From contig CALIJJ010000019.1 in assembly GCA_938017515.1 (NCBI GenBank), positions 1,415-65,414 on the forward strand: a DNA stretch of 64,000 bases, read 5' to 3'. This document shows, in pieces, positions 1-9,620 of the stretch. The first letter of the stretch is position 1. The number at the start of each line of letters is the position of its first letter. The notes below the pieces were generated by a model. It saw only the letters and a list, made by a program, of their open reading frames with translations. It was not told the DNA's origin and did not search any database. Source of the stretch: an uncultured Pseudanabaenaceae cyanobacterium. GTDB lineage: Bacteria; Cyanobacteriota; Cyanobacteriia; PCC-9006; JAAUQQ01. The position numbers and the translations under genes were made by a program.

Positions 1-479
1 TCATCAAAAATTGCCGTGGGACGATCTGGCCAAAACACAATCACCGACTTTTCCTCGGAGTCAATCAGCCATCCCATCAAACAACCATGCTGGAGGCAAT
101 GCAGGATATTGCGCGTGACCTTGGTCTGACTCTGCCCTGGCGACAGCACCTCCACCGTCCAATCCGGTGCCACCTCAAACTGGTTGGCAATTTCTCCATT
201 CTCGTCACGGACAATGCGAGACCAGACAAACACTGCTGCGTCAGGAACTGTCGATCGCCCGTCGAACGTGCAGCGCAGTTAAGTGAAGGCTCGCGCCACT
301 TGGCTTGGCTTGAGCCTAACGTTTGCATTCGCAGCAAATTCGCCCTGAATAACGCTGTGCTTGCCTTGGGGCATGGGGTTCCGAATGATCTGCCCCTCAA
401 CGTATGCACTGGTAGGCTTCGTTTCTGGTTGCTCCAGAAATTCCTCCAGCTTCGAATATTTTGGGGATGCTTGAACCAT
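1..479 (-). pseudogene. Uma2 (DUF820) family endonuclease, apparently frameshifted and running off the window edge
   Basis: Minus-strand ORF 279..479 has the typical Uma2 N-terminus (EEFLEQPETKPTSAYVEGQIIRNPMPQGKHS). A different minus frame over 1..120 encodes the typical Uma2 C-terminus (GWLIDSEEKSVIVFWPDRP). The two parts are out of frame, and a TAA stop lies at 279..281. Confidence 0.5.
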
Positions 480-590
480 TGAAGCTCTCTAGCTCAGCCA
501 GTTGATCTAGCCCTATTCTAGGATTTTGTGAAAAGTCAACACCCTGCCTGTGATGTCGCGAAATCAATGGCAATGGGGCTGAAGCACTAG

Positions 591-1232
591 GTGATGGCCA
601 TTTTTCCCAGTGCCCTGCTTATGCGATCGCCCAAACTCCCCCGCTTCATCCGCTTAGCCCTGATCAGCATGGCCACAGCGATCGCCTGTTCCGTCACCAT
701 CCATTGGCTTGCCCTACACTTTGGCTGGGACGCCCTACCGCTGCTCTATCAAATTCCCATGGGGCTGGGGCTGCTCACCCTCTTCTTTATGCTGCCCCTG
801 TTAGCCGGGGCGTTGGTGGGTCTCGGCGTGCTTTGGGTCCATCCTCGCCATAAAGGCAAGCCACTCCCCCACGCTATTGGGGCCATCCTCGGATTTTATG
901 GGTTCCTTCTGTGCCACATGGTTGCTTCAGCCACGACGTCTCTGATCATTACCGAACGTGAAATGGACCGGGTTGAGGCATTTAGCGATCGCCTCATTTC
1001 TGAACTCGAAGATTACAAGACTCAATATGGTGACTACCCTGAGACCCTGGATGGGTTTAAGTCACCCAGCGCACGACCTTACTTTCTGCGTGATCAGCCG
1101 TGGTTCTACACCAAGAATACTTCCGGCGAGCCAGGGTATAACCTGAGCTACTCCAATCCTTGGAACTTGTCCTTCGATCACTACAGCTACGATTCCACCC
1201 AGAGGGAGTGGGTCACGGAAGGGTTTGACTAG
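591..1232 (+). CDS. hypothetical membrane protein with a soluble C-terminal domain
   Basis: 213 aa ORF. The N-terminal half has several hydrophobic helices and the C-terminal half is hydrophilic. No family recognised. Confidence 0.45.
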   Translation: MMAIFPSALLMRSPKLPRFIRLALISMATAIACSVTIHWLALHFGWDALPLLYQIPMGLGLLTLFFMLPLLAGALVGLGVLWVHPRHKGKPLPHAIGAILGFYGFLLCHMVASATTSLIITEREMDRVEAFSDRLISELEDYKTQYGDYPETLDGFKSPSARPYFLRDQPWFYTKNTSGEPGYNLSYSNPWNLSFDHYSYDSTQREWVTEGFD

Positions 1233-2071
1233 GCAGACGAGCGCTGGGTCAAAATGCCGTGTTGAGGGCTAAACAAAATCGCCAGGGTAAAGAAAGCTGC
1301 GGTGACGAGGGCGATCGCCGGACCCGACGGCAAATTGAACCAGGCACTCAAATACATGCCGCTAATGCTCGAAACAATGCCAATTGCTGCCCCCAACACC
1401 ATCACCTGATTCAACCGATTCACCAGCAGATACGCCGTCGCCCCCGGCGTAATCAGCAGCGCCAGCACCAGCACCACACCCACGGCCTTGAGGCTCGCCA
1501 CCACCGTCAACGCAATCAGCGACATCAGACCAAAATTGAGCGCATCCACGGGCAATCCCGCAACCCTGGCCCCCTCCGGATCAAACGTATAAAACAGCAG
1601 CTCTTTGTACAGCAACCAGACGATCGCAATCACCAGCAGCGCAATAATGGCTGTATCGCGTACATCGGTTGCAGTTACACCAAGAATATTGCCAAACAGA
1701 AAGTGGTTGAGGTCGATTTTATTGTCCTTTTGGATCACCGTAATCAGCGTGACGCCCAGGGCAAAGAACGTTGAGAGCACAATGCCCATGGCAGCGTCCT
1801 CCTTGATGGGCGATCGCGTCCGAATCCAGGTAATCAGCGTGGTCCCCAACATGCCGCTGATAAAGGCCCCAATGAAGAGGTTGATATTGAGGGAGTAGGC
1901 GATCGCCAACCCCGGTAAGACAGAATGACTAATGGCATCCCCCAACAGCGCCAGCCGTTGCACCAGCAAGTAGCTACCCACCACCGAGCAAATCAGCCCG
2001 ACCAGCACCGCAACAATTAAGGCCCGCTGCATAAACCCATACTGCAACGGTTCAATAAATAATTCAAACAC
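1229..2071 (-). CDS. metal (Mn2+/Zn2+) ABC transporter permease, MntB/ZnuB/TroC-like
   Basis: 280 aa polytopic membrane protein with the typical ABC-3 permease sequence pattern (LLGDAISHSVLPGLA, LITPGATAYLL). Lies directly downstream of an ABC ATPase on the same strand. Confidence 0.8.
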   Translation of the reverse strand: MFELFIEPLQYGFMQRALIVAVLVGLICSVVGSYLLVQRLALLGDAISHSVLPGLAIAYSLNINLFIGAFISGMLGTTLITWIRTRSPIKEDAAMGIVLSTFFALGVTLITVIQKDNKIDLNHFLFGNILGVTATDVRDTAIIALLVIAIVWLLYKELLFYTFDPEGARVAGLPVDALNFGLMSLIALTVVASLKAVGVVLVLALLITPGATAYLLVNRLNQVMVLGAAIGIVSSISGMYLSAWFNLPSGPAIALVTAAFFTLAILFSPQHGILTQRSSA

Positions 2072-2102
2072 CCTTTGCCCTCAACACATCAATCTCGGTC
2101 GG

Positions 2103-2207
2103 GACGCGCATCCCGCCCCCAATGGCGGTTTTTGCCACCAACCCACAAAACTGGTAGAGGCGCGTATCCCGCGCCCAATGCAGAATTTTTGTCACAAACC
2201 CACAAAA
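2103..2207. repeat. two imperfect direct repeats of about 48 nt inside the ATPase-permease intergenic spacer
   Basis: The units gacgcgcatcccgcccccaatggcggtttttgccaccaacccacaaaa and ggcgcgtatcccgcgcccaatgcagaatttttgtcacaaacccacaaaaa are adjacent. A third partial cacaaaaccacc follows at about 2262..2280. Confidence 0.6.
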
Positions 2208-2244
2208 ACCGAAGGGTTGGGAATGCCAACCCCTACCGCATGAC

Positions 2245-3021
2245 CTATGCCACCTCCGGCAAGAAATTCACAAAACCACCATAGGCCCGCTGCATCGGCT
2301 CATCCCGCAGCACCCGCTTGCGAGCACCGCTGGCAATCAAATTCTTGTTGAGCAAAATCAGATCGTCAAAATTCTGAATCGCGGCACCCAGGTCGTGGTG
2401 AACCACAAGCACGATCTTCCCCTCGTCCGCCAGCTCGTGCATGATGTTGAACAAAATCGCTTCCGTCCGCTTATCCACCCCCGTAAACGGCTCATCCAAA
2501 AACAGCACATCCGCTTCCTGAGCCAGCGCCCGCGCCAGGAAAACCCGCTGCTGTTGACCACCGGACAGCCGACCAATGGGGCGATTGGCAAACTCCTCCA
2601 TCTCAACTCGGCCTAGGGCTTCCTTCGCCTTGGCCCGACTATTGGCAGAAAAACGCTTGAACCAGCCCGTCTTTTGTACCCGGCCCATCATCACCACATC
2701 CCAGGCCGTCGCTGGATAGCTCCAGTCAATTTGAGCGCGTTGGGGCAGGTAGGCCAGGCGATTGCGCTGCGCCAGCAACGAGTCATCCCCCCAGCTCACC
2801 GAGCCATCCCCCGGCACGAGCCCCAGCATCGCCTTCATCATCGTGCTCTTGCCCGCACCGTTGGGACCAATAATCCCCGTCAGCTTGCCGGGCCGTACCG
2901 ACACCGTCACATCCTCCAGTGCCCACACATCCCGATAGCGCACGCTGAGGTGATTGGCCTGGAGCCGAGGCAGGCGATCGCCAGATACTTCCTGAAGGGT
3001 GCGAATTGAGTGGGCACTCAT
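2245..3021 (-). CDS. metal ABC transporter ATP-binding protein, MntA/ZnuC-like
   Basis: Walker A GPNGAGKST, signature LSGGQQQRV and Walker B VLFLDEP. Sits upstream of the ABC-3 permease. Confidence 0.8.
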   Translation of the reverse strand: MSAHSIRTLQEVSGDRLPRLQANHLSVRYRDVWALEDVTVSVRPGKLTGIIGPNGAGKSTMMKAMLGLVPGDGSVSWGDDSLLAQRNRLAYLPQRAQIDWSYPATAWDVVMMGRVQKTGWFKRFSANSRAKAKEALGRVEMEEFANRPIGRLSGGQQQRVFLARALAQEADVLFLDEPFTGVDKRTEAILFNIMHELADEGKIVLVVHHDLGAAIQNFDDLILLNKNLIASGARKRVLRDEPMQRAYGGFVNFLPEVA

Positions 3022-3346
3022 GGATGTTGAAAAATGAAATGATTATGAAACCAGTATAAAACAGGAAAATGAAAGAAATATGAAAAGTGTCTGAATGTTT
3101 CAGAGGGCGATTCAGGGCATCCAGGAAGTGGAAGGGCAGAATCTATGCGCTCTTGCCGACGGAAAATAAATCACTCTTGAGAGCGAATTTCCGGATTGGC
3201 TACCCGCTGTAGCCGTTTATATATGGGAGATTGGAGACCAAGGCGCAATCATAACCATGCAGTGCATCTTGTCGAGAAAGTGGGAACGCTAGACCTAGAT
3301 ACCGAACAAGATTCTGGGTCACATCTCCATCTGCTCACATCATTTT

Positions 3347-4558
3347 TTGAAGGTCTGTATGCAGACATCGAGTCGAACAAAAATTGCCGTACTCTACCCT
3401 GCGTTTCTGGGCGGTGGAGCTGAGGCCGTCGGCCTCTGGATTTTGGAGGCCCTCAAGGACCAGTACGAGGTGACCCTGTTCACCGTGGCGGGCGTGGACT
3501 TCGATCGCCTCAATGCGATGTACGGCACCCATCTCAGCGACGAAACAATTAAAACGGAGTCGCTGTTCTCTGGCAAACGTGCTGCGTTTGTCAATTCCTG
3601 CATTGCCAACAACTGGCATATCAGGATGGTGTTGTTCCACACGCTAATCCGTCGTCTCAAGGCCCAGCGCCACGATTTTGCCACCTGTGTCTCGGCCTAC
3701 AACGCCGTGGACTTTGGTGATAAGGGCATTAACTACATCCACTGGATTAATGTTCTCGACAGCAGCAAGTTCTACAATCTGCTCTCCGATACCAAGCCCG
3801 AGCGGGTCAAGAACTACTGCAACCTGGCCAACTCCAAGATGGTGGCCGAGCGTATTGAAGGGGCCTATAAGACCACGCCGGATGTGCTGTATCCCCCAGT
3901 TGTCATCGATGTGCAGGATGTTCCCTGGGACGAGAAGGAATATGCCTTTATTTGCAGCGGTCGTCTGACGCTGCCCAAGGAACCCCACAAGGTGATTGAA
4001 ATTCTGGGACGGGTGCGCGATCGCGGCCACAAGATCAAACTCCACATGACCGCAGGCGGCGGCGGTGTCTACGCCTGGAAGTACCGCAACCGCATTCGCG
4101 AGATGGTGGCTGAGCGGTCCGACTGGATTACGCTCCACGAGAATCTCAGCTACGCCGACTACACCGATGTGTTGTCCAAGTGTCAGTTCGGGATTCATTA
4201 CAAGACGGAGCCCTTTGGCATCTCCATCGCCGAGATGATTAAAGCCGGCGCTGTTCCCTTTGTACGCAGCTTTGGTGGCCAGGTGGAAATCGTGGGCGAG
4301 GACAACAAGGAGTTGTTCTTCTACGACCCTGACGAAGCCGTCGAAAAGATTTGCTTCGTTCTGGAAAACGAGCCCCTGCAAGTGCAGATGCGTGAGGCGA
4401 TGGTCGCCCAGAAGACCTTGTTCTCCACCGAGCGGTTCATGAACGAGTTCCAGCAGGTTGTTGCCGAGCATCTCGATCCAAGCTTATCCAGCAAGGATTC
4501 AGAGGAAAGTGCTGAAGCATCCCCAGCCTCCGAGCCGTCTGTACCCGTTGGCGTTTAG
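3347..4558 (+). CDS. glycosyltransferase family 4 (GT-B, group 1)
   Basis: 403 aa. N-terminus KIAVLYPAFLGGGAEAV plus a C-terminal GT1-like domain. Acidic Ser/Pro-rich tail. Confidence 0.65.
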   Translation: MKVCMQTSSRTKIAVLYPAFLGGGAEAVGLWILEALKDQYEVTLFTVAGVDFDRLNAMYGTHLSDETIKTESLFSGKRAAFVNSCIANNWHIRMVLFHTLIRRLKAQRHDFATCVSAYNAVDFGDKGINYIHWINVLDSSKFYNLLSDTKPERVKNYCNLANSKMVAERIEGAYKTTPDVLYPPVVIDVQDVPWDEKEYAFICSGRLTLPKEPHKVIEILGRVRDRGHKIKLHMTAGGGGVYAWKYRNRIREMVAERSDWITLHENLSYADYTDVLSKCQFGIHYKTEPFGISIAEMIKAGAVPFVRSFGGQVEIVGEDNKELFFYDPDEAVEKICFVLENEPLQVQMREAMVAQKTLFSTERFMNEFQQVVAEHLDPSLSSKDSEESAEASPASEPSVPVGV

Positions 4559-4639
4559 CACCTTGGCCTTGGTCGCGCTCTAAAGTTCCCCGGCCAAACG
4601 TTCCCTGTCTAACTTTATCCATCTAATCCCAGCTCTTCC

Positions 4640-5578
4640 ATGAAGCTCTTCTTTTACCGCCGTAGCGACGACAAGCCCAACTACGGTGACGAACTCAACC
4701 TCTGGCTCTGGGATCAAATCATTCCCGATATTCTGGACGAAGATGAGTCCACTGCATTCTTCGGCATCGGTACCCTGTTGAACAACCTGGTGAAAGAGCG
4801 GGCTCCGAACGCCAAGCAAATTGTCGCCCTTGGAACCGGGGCAGGCTACAACAAAGGCATGCCCGACATTGACGAAACCTGGAAGATCTACTGTCTACGG
4901 GGTCCTATCTCTGCCCTGAAGCTGGGCGTTGATCCCAAGCTTGCCATTACCGATGGCGCTGCGCTGCTCAGTCGTCTCTACAAGCCCACCGGCGTCAAGC
5001 GCTATAAGTTCTCCTACATTCCTCACTTCACCCAGTCGATCATCGCAAACGATGATTGGCAGGAAATCTGTGACGAGTTGGGCATTCACTACATTGATGC
5101 TCGCCGCCCGATCCACGAAATCATCAAGGAAATTGGGGAAACCGAGGTACTGCTGGCCGAAGCCATGCACGGCGCTATCACCGCAGACACCCTGCGCACC
5201 CCTTGGATTCCGGTCCTGACCAGCCAGTGGCTCCTACCCTCCAAGTGGCTTGACTGGACCATGTCCCTCAACATGGAATTCCAACCCCATCCTGTGACGG
5301 GCTTAGATCCCATTGAAGAGCGTTACTTGCTGAAGAACCTACGCGGCATCAAGGGCAGCCGTACGCTGGTGAAGAAAGCCGCCGCGCGCTGGATTAAAAA
5401 GAAGCAAGCCAAGATGAAGATGGAGAGCATCATGAAATATGGTGTGCCTCAGCTCAGCGACGACACCCTGTTTGAAAGCAAGGTGTGCCAGCTCGAAGAA
5501 AAGGTTGAGGAATTCAAAAAAGACGTGGCATCCGGCATGTTCGCCAGTAAGGACAAGGAAACTGCAATGACGGTCTAA
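4640..5578 (+). CDS. polysaccharide pyruvyl transferase, ExoV-like
   Basis: 312 aa. N-terminal motif KPNYGDELNLWLW matches the NFGDxLNxWLW motif of ExoV/pyruvyl transferase family proteins. Confidence 0.55.
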   Translation: MKLFFYRRSDDKPNYGDELNLWLWDQIIPDILDEDESTAFFGIGTLLNNLVKERAPNAKQIVALGTGAGYNKGMPDIDETWKIYCLRGPISALKLGVDPKLAITDGAALLSRLYKPTGVKRYKFSYIPHFTQSIIANDDWQEICDELGIHYIDARRPIHEIIKEIGETEVLLAEAMHGAITADTLRTPWIPVLTSQWLLPSKWLDWTMSLNMEFQPHPVTGLDPIEERYLLKNLRGIKGSRTLVKKAAARWIKKKQAKMKMESIMKYGVPQLSDDTLFESKVCQLEEKVEEFKKDVASGMFASKDKETAMTV

Positions 5579-5839
5579 ACGCCTGTCAACAGCACAGTGC
5601 TGGAGGGATAGACTTCATTCCTCCGATGCAGTGGCTAGGATTCCAATCAGACAGGATGGGGCATTCAGGAGAGTGCCCCATCCTGCATTGAATCGCAGTT
5701 TTGATTAGCTGTTGAGACTGACTGTGCTGTTGAAACCGACTGTGATGTTGAGACCGACCTGTGCCGCTGAACCCTGAGTTGCTGCTGATACCCGCTTGGA
5801 CAAACGCGGTTTGTCTTTACCCAATCGTTTTTTACTCCC

Positions 5840-6784
5840 ATGAAACTGATTCTGTTGCTGTTGGGCCTTGGCCTGTTGCTATCGTTGCTGGCTGAACTGG
5901 TTTTGCGTGTGGCCTTTGGTTTTGGCAATCCGCCGCTGTACCAGGGTGACGATCGTATTGGCTACCTGCTCCAGCCCAATCAACAGGTCAAGCGTTTCGG
6001 CAATCGGATTCACATCAATCAGTATCATCAGCGCACGGAGGCGATCGCCCCCACCCCTGCCGAAGGCACTCGCCGCGTTTTTATCATTGGGGATTCCATT
6101 GTCAACGGTAATTGGTGGACGGATCAAGCCGATGTCCTGTCAGAGGTTGTGAAGGGTCTGCTCAACCAAGCCAACCCCCAGGTCTCCCACGAGGTACTGA
6201 ACGCCTCCGCCAACTCCTGGGGACCGCGCAATGAGCTGGCCTATTTAGAGCGATTTGGGATGTTCGGGGCGGAGACGTTGGTATTGGTGATTAACACCGA
6301 TGATTTATTTGCAGTGGAGCCCACAGCCGTGCCCGTGGGACGCGATCGCAATTATCCCAACCGTCGCCCCGCCTCCGCCCTCAGCGAAATCTTTAGCCGC
6401 TATCTCCGTCGCTCAAAGCCCGACCCTGTGCTGGAAGCCTCCCGGCAGGAAGAGGGCGATCGCGTCCAGCGCAACTTAGAGGCCATTGCCAAGATTCAGG
6501 CAATGGCCCAAGCCAACGATACCCGCTTCCTCATGGTCATGACGCCCCTGAAGCGAGAGCTAGAGGTGAATGGTGGCCCGCTTGACTACGAAATTCAGGA
6601 ACGTCAGCGTCTGGCAGACTTTGTTCAAACTCAGCTCATCCCCTTTGTCGATGTGTTGCCGATTCTGAACCAAGAAATTGCCACAAAAAATGTCCCGGCA
6701 GAAGGACTCTACCGGGACCATATTCATCTGAGTGTTTTAGGGAACGAGATTCTGAGCCGTAGGATTGCAGACAAGTTACTGTGA
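5840..6784 (+). CDS. SGNH/GDSL hydrolase family protein with an N-terminal membrane anchor or signal
   Basis: 314 aa. Hydrophobic N-terminus and a GDSL block VFIIGDSIVNGNWW. Its context suggests a polysaccharide O-acyl esterase or transferase role. Confidence 0.6.
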   Translation: MKLILLLLGLGLLLSLLAELVLRVAFGFGNPPLYQGDDRIGYLLQPNQQVKRFGNRIHINQYHQRTEAIAPTPAEGTRRVFIIGDSIVNGNWWTDQADVLSEVVKGLLNQANPQVSHEVLNASANSWGPRNELAYLERFGMFGAETLVLVINTDDLFAVEPTAVPVGRDRNYPNRRPASALSEIFSRYLRRSKPDPVLEASRQEEGDRVQRNLEAIAKIQAMAQANDTRFLMVMTPLKRELEVNGGPLDYEIQERQRLADFVQTQLIPFVDVLPILNQEIATKNVPAEGLYRDHIHLSVLGNEILSRRIADKLL

Positions 6785-6830
6785 TTGGCTTGCTGCTGCG
6801 GGGCTCGTGCCCTGGCTTGTCGGAACGACC

Positions 6831-7967
6831 TTAGTTGGCGGCGATCGCTGCCAGCTCCACCTCTTCCAGGGCATGGGCCGGTCCTGCAGGAGGTTCCTGG
6901 GATGCCTCCGCATGGTGCCATTGGGTCCCATCCAGCGCCATCTGCTCAATGGAGCTGGCCAAGCGTAGGGCCTTGAGTCCCTGTTCACCGCCCACAGAAG
7001 GCTGGTTGCCCCCCCGGACACAGCCCACAAAATGTTCCAGCTCCGCATTGAGCGGCTCAATGTTGCTGGTGTAAACCCTCTCCACCAGACCGTCCTGGCG
7101 ATAGAGAACCTGACCATAGTTGGTCGAGTAATTGGCTGTAACCTGGCGGTGAATCAAGATTTCGTTATTGAGGAAATCTGCCTCCGTTAGGGAATTACGG
7201 CAGTGGGCCGAGATGCGGCGAATTTTACGATGGGTAACCTTGCTCGCCGTCAGGGTAGCCACGATACCGTTGGTGAAACCAATGGTGGCCGTGACATAGT
7301 CCAGCAGTCCTGAATCAGAGGCGCGGCTACCGCTGGCCGTCAGTCGGGACACCGGGGACTTGGCCAGCTCCAACATCAAATCGATGTCGTGGATCATCAG
7401 GTCGAGCACCACGGACACATCATTGGCGCGGTCCGCATGGGGGCTCATGCGATGGGCTTCCAGAGCCAGAATCTCTTCTGTCTGCAGGACCTTGCTTAGT
7501 TCTTGGAAAGCCGGATTAAACCGCTCAATGTGGCCCACCTGCAAAATACAGTGGTGCTGAGCAGCGGTGTTCACCAGCATTTCAGCCTCATGAATCGTTG
7601 AGGCAATGGGCTTCTCAATCAAAACATGGATGCCCGCTTTGAGGCAGGTCATACCGACTTGGTAGTGGAAGCGCGTCGGGACGGCAATACAAACGGCGTC
7701 TACGTGGGGCAGGAGGTCTAGGTAATCCTCAAAGAAACGAACCCCATATTTTGCGGCGGTGTCTAACCCCCGCTCGATGGAGACATCGGAAACTCCAACC
7801 AGCTCTACGTCCTTGAGGAGGCTCAACACCCGAGCGTGGTGCTGGCCCATGTTGCCAATGCCGATGACACCGATCTTCACCGGTGAGACGGGCTCACTCT
7901 TGCGGCTATGTAACTGCGTTGAAAAATCTGCTTGTCTCGGGGACATGCGCTCTTTACTCCGATTCAC
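6831..7967 (-). CDS. Gfo/Idh/MocA family NAD(P)-dependent oxidoreductase, possibly a sugar-nucleotide dehydrogenase
   Basis: Rossmann motif KIGVIGIGNMGQHHA, the EKP motif LIEKPIA and the HIERFNPA block. Acidic or Ala-rich C-terminal tail. Confidence 0.7.
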   Translation of the reverse strand: MNRSKERMSPRQADFSTQLHSRKSEPVSPVKIGVIGIGNMGQHHARVLSLLKDVELVGVSDVSIERGLDTAAKYGVRFFEDYLDLLPHVDAVCIAVPTRFHYQVGMTCLKAGIHVLIEKPIASTIHEAEMLVNTAAQHHCILQVGHIERFNPAFQELSKVLQTEEILALEAHRMSPHADRANDVSVVLDLMIHDIDLMLELAKSPVSRLTASGSRASDSGLLDYVTATIGFTNGIVATLTASKVTHRKIRRISAHCRNSLTEADFLNNEILIHRQVTANYSTNYGQVLYRQDGLVERVYTSNIEPLNAELEHFVGCVRGGNQPSVGGEQGLKALRLASSIEQMALDGTQWHHAEASQEPPAGPAHALEEVELAAIAAN

Positions 7968-8189
7968 TCCTCAACCACGGTCGGAACGAGAGAAAACCTC
8001 CTTCAACACTCGGGCCTGCCCACCAGCAAGTCCGAACATTAGCCCGGACGAAATCATCCAGATACTAACACGGTGTCTCTATTTGTGAAGAATTCCAACG
8101 CTTTCAGTCCCTCGTTCTCGACCTCAAAAATTGCATCTGCATTTCATCGAGATGCCACTGTTCGCTTCGCTTATGATGCTGCTGCTGTC

Positions 8190-9515
8190 TTAGGATGATT
8201 TTCGACGGACTTCTAGGAGATTGAGCCGTCGCTCTTCGCTGGAAATGACTTGGATTTCCAAGTCTCCGTAGGTGGCAATCTGTCCTTCTTCTGGGACTTG
8301 CTGCAGCAGATGAATTAAAAATCCTCCTAGCGTCGTATAGTCCTCGGACAGAGGGAATGAGAGTCCCAATTGCTCGTTGACATCCTCTAGATTGACCTGG
8401 GCCTGGATCTGATAGGTGGATGGGTCCAACTGTCTGATCTCTGCATCGGGTTGATGACCGAGTGGTTCTGGAACATTGAGGAGTTCGTTTACCACATCTG
8501 CCATGGTGATGAGGCCAGAGGTTCCCCCATATTCATCTACTACGATGACAGCCTCTTCCTGATTCTGTCGCATTAGATTGCGCAGTTCTGGAAGTGGCAT
8601 GTGCTCTGGAACAAACTGTATGGGATACATCCAGGGGCGCAGCGAGGTATCCATCTTTATATTTCCCTGAAGTAAAGCCTCTCCTAACGCCTTGAGTTGG
8701 ATGGACCCGATGATGTTGTCGATGGACTCTTCCACGATGGGGTAGCAGCGATGGCCATGGTGCTGGATGGCGGTTAGGAATGTCTGTAGGGTGAGCGTGG
8801 CGGGCAAGGTTTCCATGTCTGGCCGGGGAACCATGATGTCGCTGGCTGTGAGGCTCGAAAATTCAAGCACATTGGAGAGCAGCTGGCGTTCGTCGGCTTG
8901 GAGCCCTGAGGCACTGTGGGTTGTGATGATCAGCTGGAGTTCTTTGGTTGTCAGTCGGGCGGGCTCGATCTCGGTGCCATAGCGGATACCGCCCAGTCTC
9001 AGAAAGATGCGTGTGGATTGGTTGAGCAGGAAGACGAGGGGTTTGAAAAAACGGGCAATGCTCCAACTGAAGGGGCCGAGCGATCGCGCCATTTGCTCGG
9101 GATACATCAGTGCCAGCGCCTTGGGACAAAGTTCTCCCAGTACGATTTGTAGATAGGCGACCAGAAAAAAGGCAATGGGGACTGCGATGAGATGAATCAA
9201 CTCTGCCCGCATGCCGGACTCCAAAGGCAGTTGCCCCAGGGCATGGGAGATGCTGACGCCAATCGTACTTTCCCCAATCCATCCCAGGGCAAGACTAGAG
9301 AGGGTAATGCCGATTTGGGTCGCGGAGAGAAGGCGTTCCATGCTGCGCTGAAGCCGCTGGACTGTGCGGGCGCTGGCGTCCCCTTCTTGGACGAGCTGGT
9401 TGATCCTGGATTGCCGAACGGAGAGTACAGAAAACTCTGCGGCGACAAAGAAGGCATTCAGCAAAATTAGGGCCATGACCGCAGCGAATCGCTCTGCGGT
9501 TTCCACCAAGCTCAT
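8190..9515 (-). CDS. HlyC/CorC family transporter (DUF21/CNNM transmembrane domain, CBS pair, CorC_HlyC domain)
   Basis: 441 aa. The N-terminal transmembrane region carries the AAEFSVLSVR motif. CBS-like repeats and a C-terminal transporter-associated domain follow. Confidence 0.75.
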   Translation of the reverse strand: MSLVETAERFAAVMALILLNAFFVAAEFSVLSVRQSRINQLVQEGDASARTVQRLQRSMERLLSATQIGITLSSLALGWIGESTIGVSISHALGQLPLESGMRAELIHLIAVPIAFFLVAYLQIVLGELCPKALALMYPEQMARSLGPFSWSIARFFKPLVFLLNQSTRIFLRLGGIRYGTEIEPARLTTKELQLIITTHSASGLQADERQLLSNVLEFSSLTASDIMVPRPDMETLPATLTLQTFLTAIQHHGHRCYPIVEESIDNIIGSIQLKALGEALLQGNIKMDTSLRPWMYPIQFVPEHMPLPELRNLMRQNQEEAVIVVDEYGGTSGLITMADVVNELLNVPEPLGHQPDAEIRQLDPSTYQIQAQVNLEDVNEQLGLSFPLSEDYTTLGGFLIHLLQQVPEEGQIATYGDLEIQVISSEERRLNLLEVRRKSS

Positions 9516-9620
9516 CGTTTCATCTTAGGTATGCTGATCTCGAGCACTGTCGAGATCCGTTTCATCATCAAGGCTGGTTTAACATCAAGGCTGGTTCAAC
9601 GGGGGGAGCCGATTGCTATC

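Noticed and set aside
77-482. Overlapping ORFs 77..409 (-) and 87..482 (+) at the left edge
   Set aside because: Their Arg/Cys-rich translations look like GC-frame artefacts. The real signal here is the two-frame Uma2 remnant on the minus strand.
1259-1774. 171 aa plus-strand ORF rich in R, Q and H
   Set aside because: It is antisense to the well-supported ABC permease and has low-complexity composition typical of an antisense frame.
3644-4471. 275 aa minus-strand ORF
   Set aside because: It is fully antisense to the GT4 gene. It has no recognisable motifs and is a GC-rich frame artefact.
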